In this document: piece by piece, positions 7,403 through 14,914 of the stretch
Numbering within the stretch: the stretch's first letter is position 1
Layout of the letters: every line of letters begins with the position of its first letter
Source: a virus
Taxonomy: Duplodnaviria; Heunggongvirae; Uroviricota; Caudoviricetes
Length of the DNA: 22,277 bases
IMG/VR virus record: IMGVR_UViG_3300044970_001522
Span: 1-22,277 of that record
Reading direction: 5' to 3' (one strand)
Position numbers and translations under genes: made by a program
Notes under the pieces: model-generated
What the model was told of the DNA's origin: nothing
What the model saw: the letters and a program-made list of their open reading frames with translations, nothing else
Databases searched by the model: none

Positions 7403-8043
7403 GTTATAACTTTCGTAAGCTTTGCACAAGGCTGCTCGCAGCTTGCAATTCTTACTTGTTCTTTACAGACGCTGAGAAAACCACTGCGTCCCAAATGGAG
7501 GAGCGACTGGAGGGGGTCCTGAAAGAGGCTTCCCTTGCACTGAGCACCCTTGTTTCAGAAGACCCCACTTACATTCCCTCAGGCCAGGGTCCGGAGTCCC
7601 GTTTGACGTCTGAGAATCTGGCCTGGGTGGACGAGAAGCTGAAGGAGCCGGGCTGGGCCAGGCAATTTCTGATCTCTGCCGGCATTCTAGATTCCGACGG
7701 TCACTGGAATCGTTCTTACTGGCCTGACGACGGCGAAGCCGGTAACACTTTAGGTTATTACATGGACCACCCTGAGTTCTACTGCGACCTAAAAGAGGAC
7801 GTTGTTGTGCAGAGTGTTTATTCTGGGGGACAAGAAACCGATCAGGATGTATTTGAAGAGCAAAGTAACAAACCCACACGCTCAGAAATTCTGAGTTGGA
7901 TAGAAGACCGATCAGCTTGGGGCTCAGACGACTACCTTGGCCGAGTGGCTCTTATAGTAGAAGAAGCCCTGGCATACTGGTCCCCTAAGTCTAGAAGGGG
8001 GGCGGTTTCCCCTCCTCGTTTTGCGGAGGAAAAGCCGCTATAA
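7399..8043 (+). CDS. Mosaic phage hypothetical protein, related to the upstream gene
   Basis: NFRKLCTRLL N-terminus; KPTRSEIL..IVEEALAYW module; C-terminal 14 aa encoded by promoter cassette. Confidence 0.8.
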   Translation: MSYNFRKLCTRLLAACNSYLFFTDAEKTTASQMEERLEGVLKEASLALSTLVSEDPTYIPSGQGPESRLTSENLAWVDEKLKEPGWARQFLISAGILDSDGHWNRSYWPDDGEAGNTLGYYMDHPEFYCDLKEDVVVQSVYSGGQETDQDVFEEQSNKPTRSEILSWIEDRSAWGSDDYLGRVALIVEEALAYWSPKSRRGAVSPPRFAEEKPL

Positions 8044-8044
8044 T
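8000..8044 (+). promoter_or_regulatory. Promoter cassette copy 4 (inside 3' end of CDS 7399..8043)
   Basis: GGGCGGTTTCCCCTCC, TCGTTT (8016), 17 nt, TATAAT (8039). Confidence 0.8.
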
Positions 8045-8067
8045 AAAGGAGACAGAATAGAGACCTC

Positions 8068-8241
8068 ATGTCGCTAACACAACTTTCCATCCAAGACCTG
8101 GCTGAGCTCGGGAGGCTGATACGTCTTCTTGAAGGCGACGCTGAGTGCATCGCCGCAGAGCAACTCGACTTGATTAGCCTAACGGACAAAGACTTGCTGA
8201 GTGCTGTCCGCATCCTACGACTTCTCCTTTCAACCCTATGA
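8068..8241 (+). CDS. Hypothetical protein, 57 aa (not in ORF track)
   Basis: ATG..TGA, MSLTQLSIQDLAELGRLIRLLEGDAECIAAEQLDLISLTDKDLLSAVRILRLLLSTL; ATGA overlap with next gene. Confidence 0.7.
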   Translation: MSLTQLSIQDLAELGRLIRLLEGDAECIAAEQLDLISLTDKDLLSAVRILRLLLSTL

Positions 8242-8438
8242 CACTCACAGTGATCCAAATTTTGACAACGATCTACATCTCAGGTGTTGTGGTAGTTGCA
8301 CTTGTTCACCGAGTGGAACTAATTTTAGATGATGTTTTCACATGGGGTACGTACAAGTCTCCGGTTAAACCAGCGAAGGTTGCGTTGCTTTGGCCTTTGT
8401 TCCTCCTGAACAACTTTCTGAGACGTGTTCTCAAATGA
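8238..8438 (+). CDS. Small membrane protein, 66 aa
   Basis: Hydrophobic N-terminal helix and ALLWPLFL motif; coupled start. Confidence 0.7.
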   Translation: MTLTVIQILTTIYISGVVVVALVHRVELILDDVFTWGTYKSPVKPAKVALLWPLFLLNNFLRRVLK

Positions 8439-8474
8439 GTTCGTTCCCTTTATATTTGTGAAACTGTGAAGCTC

Positions 8475-8894
8475 ATGCCTACACAACAACACTACTCACA
8501 GGGTTTAGCTGAGCTTGGACTCGACCGGTCCCGACGGGAAATTAGAAAACTTCGCGACCTCTGCGCAGCCATCTACCAAGTTTGCGGGGTTCTCAACGCG
8601 AGCGTAGAGGTACTTGACGCTTTGTCCGCCGCCAGCACCGGTGACTACGACGGAAATCCCTTGGACCTCCTTCCGTACAACTCGTTGAACCCTGTCCCTA
8701 AGACCGAAAGGTTACCTGGATCTGAAGATTGTGACTCGAAGGGGTACTGCTGGTGGGGTAATGAAGCCATAGCTGGAAGTTCGCACCCGGTGTTTTCCTG
8801 TAGTTGCTGGAAATACTCTGCCAGGGTTGGGGACGGCAGCCACTGGTTGCCCTACTACGCACTTCCTGTGGTACCTGCTCGCCCCAAGCTCTAA
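8475..8894 (+). CDS. Phage hypothetical protein with ERLP..DCD..G.CWW..HWLP module
   Basis: ATG 8475 within track ORF 8466..8894; TERLPGSEDCDSKGYCWW..HWLPYYALPV. Confidence 0.75.
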   Translation: MPTQQHYSQGLAELGLDRSRREIRKLRDLCAAIYQVCGVLNASVEVLDALSAASTGDYDGNPLDLLPYNSLNPVPKTERLPGSEDCDSKGYCWWGNEAIAGSSHPVFSCSCWKYSARVGDGSHWLPYYALPVVPARPKL

Positions 8895-9077
8895 ACTGGC
8901 ACGGGTCACAAATCAGACGGCAAGCAGAAAGACACCCCCCTAAAAGTATGCGAACTTTCTAAAAGTTTTCAGAAAAGTGGGTGGCTTGAGCGTCCCACTC
9001 CTCTTTTCACGAGCGTTTCCCCCAAGCTTACGACACAAATTTTCCAGTACTTAGTCTCTCAGACCCACTCACAAACG

Positions 9078-9536
9078 ATGACCATTCAAACAAGACAAGC
9101 AGTTTTTGAAACCAACAGTTCAAGCACTCACTCACTCAGTATCTCTTCAAGTTCCACAGATCTCCTTGATACTTTGCCCTTGAACGAACAGGGGGAAGTG
9201 GTCCTCAATGGGGGCCAGTTTGGCTGGGAAGTGGAAGACTACTCCGATGCGAGCACTAAGGCGAGTTACGCGGCCATTTACGTTTCCGAGTGGTCCGGGG
9301 AAAAGAGTGCGGAGTTCAAGGAAGTTCTTGACACAGTGATCAAGCAGCAAACGGGTTGCTCAAACGTTGTATACGATTTATCTACAGACTGGTCTCACCC
9401 ACGGGAAACATCGTACATCGACCACCAGTCTGTTGAAGGGGGTCAGCTAGACTACTTGTTCGAAGACCCAGAACTTTTGCGACAGTTTATCTTCAACCCT
9501 CGCAGTGTCCTTCACACCGACAATGACAACTACTGA
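9078..9536 (+). CDS. Uncharacterised protein with N-terminal RxxVFETNSSSTHS motif
   Basis: MTIQTRQAVFETNSSSTHSLSI; overlaps start of radical SAM gene. Confidence 0.85.
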   Translation: MTIQTRQAVFETNSSSTHSLSISSSSTDLLDTLPLNEQGEVVLNGGQFGWEVEDYSDASTKASYAAIYVSEWSGEKSAEFKEVLDTVIKQQTGCSNVVYDLSTDWSHPRETSYIDHQSVEGGQLDYLFEDPELLRQFIFNPRSVLHTDNDNY

Positions 9537-10431
9537 GACAGTCCTTCACGCGTACAAAAACGGTAACTGCAACGTTACTTTGTGGTCTGGCGGCACCAAG
9601 ACTCGAGAGACTCTGGACGCAGACCACCCTTGGGCAGAACACCCGGAAAGCATTGACATTAAGGTTACAAACTTTTGCGACCTGGCGTGCCCTTACTGCC
9701 ACGAAAACTCCACTCTCGAAGGAAAGCACGGGGATCTGAACCGCTTACTTACAGTTTTGGAGCCTTTACCTCCAGGGGTGGAGCTGGCGATCGGGGGAGG
9801 AAACCCGCTATCTCACCCTGACCTTATACCGTTCCTTCGCAAAGTTAAGACCAAAGGGTTGGTGGCTAATTTAACCGTAAACGAGAGACACCTGGAACCC
9901 TACAAGTTTCTTTTGAGCTACTTGCGACGGAAAGATCTAATAAAAGGTATTGGTGTTTCCGTTACAGGTTCGAACCTACCTCTGGTAAAACAATTTCTGG
10001 AAAACAATCCGCACACCGTGTTTCATGTGATTGCTGGAGTGCACTCGCCCAGAGTTCTATCCGACCTAAGCTCCCTCCCAAACAGCAAAACTCTTGTGCT
10101 CGGGTACAAAACCTTTGGCCGTGGTATCCAGTTCTACGGTAACAAGACCAAGAAGCTTCTTTCCGAATGGTACCGGGCCATCCCAACTTTCCTTGGAAAG
10201 ACACACTTGTCGTTCGACAACCTTGCTGTGGAACAACTTAACATCAAGAGATTGCTCACGAACGAGGGTTGGTCAAAGTTTTACATGGGGGACGACGGTA
10301 GCTTCACAATGTACATCGACGCTGTCGAAGGAACGTACGCAAAAACAAGTAGGAGCAGCGAACGCACCTTGTTCGACAGCACTGACTTAATCTCTTACTT
10401 TCAAAGCTTGACTCCGAAGAGGTTCGGTTAA
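9523..10431 (+). CDS. Radical SAM protein
   Basis: CxxxCxxC motif CDLACPYC after ESIDIKVTN; GGGNP (GGE-like) motif; ATG 9523 overlaps upstream gene by 14 nt. Confidence 0.93.
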   Translation: MTTTETVLHAYKNGNCNVTLWSGGTKTRETLDADHPWAEHPESIDIKVTNFCDLACPYCHENSTLEGKHGDLNRLLTVLEPLPPGVELAIGGGNPLSHPDLIPFLRKVKTKGLVANLTVNERHLEPYKFLLSYLRRKDLIKGIGVSVTGSNLPLVKQFLENNPHTVFHVIAGVHSPRVLSDLSSLPNSKTLVLGYKTFGRGIQFYGNKTKKLLSEWYRAIPTFLGKTHLSFDNLAVEQLNIKRLLTNEGWSKFYMGDDGSFTMYIDAVEGTYAKTSRSSERTLFDSTDLISYFQSLTPKRFG

Positions 10432-10459
10432 CCCCTCTCCCTGGGGTGGTTTTCCTGGC
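10425..10459 (+). repeat. Decayed/partial promoter cassette
   Basis: CGGTTAACCC (10425) and GGGTGGTTTTCC (10444) at the canonical 19-nt offset, but no -35/-10 at the expected positions. Confidence 0.55.
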
Positions 10460-10583
10460 TACAAGGGGGGACCACAAACTACGGACAGACAGGTTGTCCC
10501 TCTTTACAAATCTCAAACGACGAAACATGACTACTGCAAAAATAGTTAAGCCGCACCAATCAATTGAAACCAACACAAAACAA

Positions 10584-10943
10584 ATGAAAAAAGCTATTTA
10601 CAAGTTCTTCTTCGACTGCGGAAGAATGGGCGAACTTGAGGGGATTTTCGTTGCCAAACCTAAGGATGTCAAAAGGTTGGTTGATAGTGGTGAAGAACTT
10701 TACTTCGGCGAAGTTCTCGGCAAGCACAGCGAAATTTCCGGAGTTGTCTCCGTGGAAAATTTCATCTTCGTAACAGATGAGGAAGAAATTGTAAACTTCT
10801 TCGAGATTCACGAGATGGCAACGGGCATTAACCCGCTTAGTTACTTCGAAGAAGAGGGTGCTGAGGATGACATTAATGAAGAGGACAGTGGTGGCGACGT
10901 TCTAAGCGAGGACCATTCTTTTGAGGGCTTCCCGTGGAACTAA
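10584..10943 (+). CDS. Phage hypothetical protein (YKFFFDCGRMGELEG..YFGEVLGKHSEI family) with acidic tail
   Basis: Recognisable recurring phage motif; alternative start ATG 10527. Confidence 0.8.
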   Translation: MKKAIYKFFFDCGRMGELEGIFVAKPKDVKRLVDSGEELYFGEVLGKHSEISGVVSVENFIFVTDEEEIVNFFEIHEMATGINPLSYFEEEGAEDDINEEDSGGDVLSEDHSFEGFPWN

Positions 10944-11158
10944 TCAACGCTAAACTGATTGACAAGCTAAGGTTCGTAGCCTCGAAGCGCCACCTTTTAG
11001 ACCGAATGGACGAGCAGGGGGCATATGACTTTGACCTGAGCAACATAGACAGGGTGGACGACGCCTTTGACAGTGGATGCAGAGTCGGAGAGATTTATTT
11101 TGCACGAGAACTTTGCACACTATTACGCATAGAGTACACAATTGAGTCCGACGATTAA
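10934..11158 (+). CDS. Hypothetical protein, 74 aa
   Basis: GTG start overlapping upstream stop. Confidence 0.7.
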   Translation: MELINAKLIDKLRFVASKRHLLDRMDEQGAYDFDLSNIDRVDDAFDSGCRVGEIYFARELCTLLRIEYTIESDD

Positions 11159-11172
11159 CCCCCAAGACACCA

Positions 11173-11523
11173 ATGATCACACTCCGTACAACCTTTAACG
11201 ACCTCTTAAGCAAACTTCAAGGGCTTAGCCTCAAGCAAACTGGTTACTGGGTTGACGACCTTCCGGAAGACATCTACGAAAACTTCTTCTACGACTCCAA
11301 CTACGAAGTTGTGGCTAGGGACTTAGACCTTGATAGGCACAGGTGGTACGAAATTTCCACAGAAGTGATCAAGATTCACGGGTCTTTCCTTGGAATACGC
11401 CAAGTTACCCACATGAAGAACGAAAACGACAGTGTCGGAGACGCTAGCTTCGTGTATCAATTCTTTGAAATGCGGGAGAAAACAGTGACTTCCTACGAAA
11501 AGGTGCCTAACGCTGCTGAGTAA
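11173..11523 (+). CDS. Hypothetical protein, 116 aa
   Basis: ATG start, same-strand packing, acidic/aromatic composition. Confidence 0.8.
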   Translation: MITLRTTFNDLLSKLQGLSLKQTGYWVDDLPEDIYENFFYDSNYEVVARDLDLDRHRWYEISTEVIKIHGSFLGIRQVTHMKNENDSVGDASFVYQFFEMREKTVTSYEKVPNAAE

Positions 11524-11646
11524 GTCCGACGAGCTCTACGTCTTAACCTTACCTGGTTGGTGTGAGTCCACTGGAGTTCAGTCCGAGATCTCTTTCGCAC
11601 AGCTGTTGGGGGTGCCTCTTTCTCTACACATTCCTGCGCCCCTAGG

Positions 11647-11709
11647 CGGTTAGCCGGTTGCTCTAGGGCGGTTTCCCCGCTTGTTTTCTCGAAGAGAAAG
11701 CGGTATAAT
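11647..11709 (+). promoter_or_regulatory. Promoter cassette copy 5 (full length, with spacer hairpin), upstream of tsf
   Basis: CGGTTAGCCG (11647), GGGCGGTTTCCCCGC (11666), TTGTTT (11681), 17 nt, TATAAT (11704). Confidence 0.9.
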
Positions 11710-11746
11710 ACATATAACCTGAAAAGTCCCCTCAAACCTGAGTAAC

Positions 11747-12355
11747 ATGGCTTCCATCCCCCCTACAATCCTACAAGTTAAGTCCCTGCGAGAAAAGACC
11801 GGTGCTGGCCTGATTCTCTGCAAAGAAGCACTCATTTTTTCTAGCAGTGACGAAGCCGGTGCGATCACGTGGTTGCGGCAGAGAGGAGTGGCCTTAGCCG
11901 ATGGTAAGGTTGGTCGGAGCGCACGAGAAGGTACTGTGGGCAGCTACATTCACACTGGCGGTAAGGTTGGAGTCCTTATCGAGGTCAACTGCGAAACAGA
12001 TTTTGTGGCCAAATCGGAGCCTTTTCAGGATCTCGTACGCAATTTGGCCATGCAAGTTGCAGCGTGCCCCTCTGTGTGCTACGTGTCGATCTTTGACATT
12101 CCTGAGGAGACTCTCCTTGAGGAGACACGGATTGAGTCGGGAAAAGCAGACCTTTCGAGTAAACCTGAGGCAATTCGAAACAAGATCGTTGAGGGTCGTG
12201 TGGCAAAGCGATTCAGAGAGCTGTCTCTCATGGACCAGCCCTACATCAAAGACAACTCAATGAGTATCGAAACATACGTGGAGAACTTCGCTGCGGTAGT
12301 TGGCGAAAACATCGTTGTGAAGCGATTCGTACGTTTTGTCCTCGGCAGCTCCTGA
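11747..12355 (+). CDS. tsf: Translation elongation factor Ts, short (cyanobacterial-type)
   Basis: VKSLREKTGAG..CKEAL, WLRQRG, EG.VGSYIHTGG, EVNCETDFVA, AMQVAACP, DQPYIKD, GENIVVKRFVRFVLG. Confidence 0.97.
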   Translation: MASIPPTILQVKSLREKTGAGLILCKEALIFSSSDEAGAITWLRQRGVALADGKVGRSAREGTVGSYIHTGGKVGVLIEVNCETDFVAKSEPFQDLVRNLAMQVAACPSVCYVSIFDIPEETLLEETRIESGKADLSSKPEAIRNKIVEGRVAKRFRELSLMDQPYIKDNSMSIETYVENFAAVVGENIVVKRFVRFVLGSS

Positions 12356-12369
12356 GTCTCCTTAAACAA

Positions 12370-12636
12370 ATGTGGTGCCCAGCCCTTTTACCATTGTGGA
12401 TGCGAATGCCCCTGCCTCCGAGGGGCAAAAGACTCGAAGAGCTTCGAGCTGAGACCCTCGCCCTGAAGGAGGAAGAACTTTCCCTGAAGGAGGAAGAACT
12501 TTCTTTTCGAGAAGACACACTGAGGCTAAGAACCGAAGAGCTGAGGCTAAGAGCCCAGACCCTGGCCCTTAAAGAGCTGGGGCTTAAAATTGAGTTAAAC
12601 GAGTTAAACAAGTTGAAACAACCCCGAAAACAATGA
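12370..12636 (+). CDS. Heptad-repeat coiled-coil protein, 88 aa
   Basis: LALKEEE-LSLKEEE-LSFREDT-LRLRTEE-LRLRAQT-LALKELG heptads. Confidence 0.7.
   Translation: MWCPALLPLWMRMPLPPRGKRLEELRAETLALKEEELSLKEEELSFREDTLRLRTEELRLRAQTLALKELGLKIELNELNKLKQPRKQ
12461..12502 (+). repeat. 21-nt exact tandem duplication
   Basis: CCCTGAAGGAGGAAGAACTTT x2 (12461-12481, 12482-12502); a second 21-nt-period pair CTGAGGCTAAGA at 12520 and 12541. Confidence 0.95.
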
Positions 12637-12845
12637 ACATCGAACTTGCAACACCTGGAACACGAGTAGCCTACGTCCCACTTCATGCCTCAGGATGCCT
12701 AGACCACTTTGACGTTGAGTACGGCACGGTGTCCTCTCACAATGGCAAGAATGTTTTCGTAAAGTTCAACGAGGCAGTGTCCCGTTTTGGGTGGGACGGG
12801 GCTACATCTCGGGCTTGTGACCCTGCCGACTTAGTGAAGGTTTGA
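12633..12845 (+). CDS. Phage hypothetical protein, 70 aa
   Basis: ATGA overlap; G.RVAYVP.HA..EYGTVSS.N..VFVKF pattern. Confidence 0.8.
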   Translation: MNIELATPGTRVAYVPLHASGCLDHFDVEYGTVSSHNGKNVFVKFNEAVSRFGWDGATSRACDPADLVKV

Positions 12846-12859
12846 CCGATTAACCCTTA

Positions 12860-12903
12860 GCGGGGTTCCCTGTCTTGTTCACGTTACAAACACTCGCTAC
12901 ACT
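12860..12903 (+). promoter_or_regulatory. Promoter cassette copy 6
   Basis: GCGGGGTTCCCTGTC, TTGTTC (12875), 17 nt, TACACT (12898); CGATTAACCC at 12847. Confidence 0.75.
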
Positions 12904-12939
12904 TAGTTATCACACTCCGAAAACAACCTGAGCTTAAGC

Positions 12940-13197
12940 ATGGACAAGCCCTTCCTCTTAATTGCCGGCGATCATTACTACCCTTCACAAGGGTCAGAAG
13001 ATTGGATAGCTCGTTTTGAAACTGTTAGCTAGGCTAGAGAGCAAATCGAGTACGTTGACTGCCCTAAGTTCTTCAAATCTGGCCCCATGAAAGGCCAACT
13101 AAAAAGCAACGACATCACCTACCGAATTAAGTGCAGCAAAGACCCAGACCGGGAGTACGACTGGTACGAGATTGTTGACGTAAGGGACTGGGATTGA
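12940..13197 (+). pseudogene. Phage hypothetical gene interrupted by in-frame TAG at 13030-13032
   Basis: MDKPFLLIAGDHYYPSQGSEDWIARFETVS*AREQIEY..YDWYEIVDVRDWD reads as one protein across the amber codon. Confidence 0.7.
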
Positions 13198-13239
13198 AAA
13201 CTGCTAGTAACACACGTAGACAAACCAGTAACTGGAAAA

Positions 13240-14376
13240 ATGACAATTACACGAAAAGAAATTGAAGACGGGATGATCCTGTTTTGCAAGTCAGGCAGCC
13301 ACGCCTATGGTCTCAACACCGAGATGTCTGACTTGGACTTTAAGGGCATCTGTGTGGCTCCACAGCGGTTTTACACCACTCTCGAAACATTTGAGCAAAA
13401 GGATAAAGGTTGGGCAGAGCACGGGAAGGAAACTATCGAAACTAGATTCCCTGAGTTAGATAACTCGGATTCAGTGGTGTACGGCATTCGCAGGTACCTG
13501 AGCTTGTTGCGGTCGCAGAACCCTAACATTTTAGAGATGCTCTGGCAAACTCCAGACAGTTATCTGTACCTAGACTTTCTAGGGCAGTCTCTAATTGACA
13601 ACCGAAAGAAGTTAATTTCCAAAAGAATCTCTGGCACATTCGTTCAGTACGCAAGGTCCCAGATCAAGAAAATGGAGACTCACCGCAAGTGGCTGTTAGA
13701 CCCTCCGACACAGCGACCGACATGGGAAGACTACGGGGTTTCTTCGCCGAGCTTAACCCCCTCTCAAATCGAGTCATTCATTGAGTACTTGTACCTGCTG
13801 ATTAAAGACAGAATCGAATACTACCAACCTTCAGTCGAGCTGTACGAGTTACTCAACGACCGAGTTGATTGGAAAGGAATTTTGAAGCAGAGTGTCTTAC
13901 CGGAAGAGTGCTTCGACGAGACGCAGAAAATCACGAGGGCAAGTTACGAGTACATGGCCCTTCTTCACTCAAGCCAGCAGTACCGGGCCGACTTAAAAAG
14001 ATGGAACAACTACCAAGATTGGCTAGTCAATCGGAACGTAAAACGGTCCGAAATCGAGCGAGCTTGCGGGTACGACGGGAAGAACGCCAGCCACTGTGTT
14101 CGACTTATGAAAATGGCCATTGAGGGAATGCGAACCGGAGAGCTTCTTGTGAATAGAAAGTTGGTTGGAGACGCAGATTTTCTTCTGGACATTAAGTACG
14201 GCAGGATTACGTATGACGAACTAAGCACAATTGTAACTCAGCTCTTTAAGGAGGCTGAGCACGTGGTGAAGAACGAGTGCGTCTTGCCGAACACGGTAGA
14301 TGACCAACTCATCAACACTCTCTGTGCTGAGACTGTGGAAAAATTTCAAAGTCTCGGTTGTATTGAGAACCGGTGA
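13240..14376 (+). CDS. Pol-beta superfamily nucleotidyltransferase (RlaP / T4 NrdC.11-like)
   Basis: GSHAYGLNTEMSDLD (GS..DxD) motif, QNPNILEML, and YDGKNASHCVRL C-terminal motif typical of phage members. Confidence 0.88.
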   Translation: MTITRKEIEDGMILFCKSGSHAYGLNTEMSDLDFKGICVAPQRFYTTLETFEQKDKGWAEHGKETIETRFPELDNSDSVVYGIRRYLSLLRSQNPNILEMLWQTPDSYLYLDFLGQSLIDNRKKLISKRISGTFVQYARSQIKKMETHRKWLLDPPTQRPTWEDYGVSSPSLTPSQIESFIEYLYLLIKDRIEYYQPSVELYELLNDRVDWKGILKQSVLPEECFDETQKITRASYEYMALLHSSQQYRADLKRWNNYQDWLVNRNVKRSEIERACGYDGKNASHCVRLMKMAIEGMRTGELLVNRKLVGDADFLLDIKYGRITYDELSTIVTQLFKEAEHVVKNECVLPNTVDDQLINTLCAETVEKFQSLGCIENR

Positions 14377-14885
14377 GCGCAAGGGTAACATTTTCTGTGC
14401 GAATGCATACTACTCCCATGACAATTGAGACTGAAGCCGTCGAAAAAATTGAGTTGGTTTTCTCGCACATAAAAAACGTGCAGAGGAGCTGCTATAAGCT
14501 TGGCCTGAAGCTTATGAAACGTGGCGACATTGAGCTGGGGCGCAACTTAATCGCAAACGGGCAGATTCATGACAATTCAAAGTTCAAGGGAATTGAATTT
14601 GCACACCTTTTTCACTCAGATCCCTTGCTATCTGAAGTCGTAAAGCACCACCAGTCAGTAAACCCTCACCACCCAGAGTACTGGGGAAGCATTCACGACA
14701 TGCCCAAAGTTTACGTCGCTGAGATGGTTTGCGACTGGTACGCAAGGTCCACCGAGTTCGGAACAGGAGTGAGAGAGTGGATTGACGACAAGGCAACCGG
14801 AAAGTTCTCTTTTACAGTCGATGACCCCATCTACGCGACCATACAGGAAATGCTATCGTTGCTCCTTGAGCCTTCCTTCACCTGA
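14373..14885 (+). CDS. HD-superfamily-like protein (DUF5662-like)
   Basis: HIKNV..IHDNSKF..HHQSVNPHHPEYW..EMVCDW; GTGA overlap with NTase stop. Confidence 0.75.
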   Translation: MSARVTFSVRMHTTPMTIETEAVEKIELVFSHIKNVQRSCYKLGLKLMKRGDIELGRNLIANGQIHDNSKFKGIEFAHLFHSDPLLSEVVKHHQSVNPHHPEYWGSIHDMPKVYVAEMVCDWYARSTEFGTGVREWIDDKATGKFSFTVDDPIYATIQEMLSLLLEPSFT

Positions 14886-14914
14886 CTCCTGCAATTTCTT
14901 GGTTAGACCAGAGG

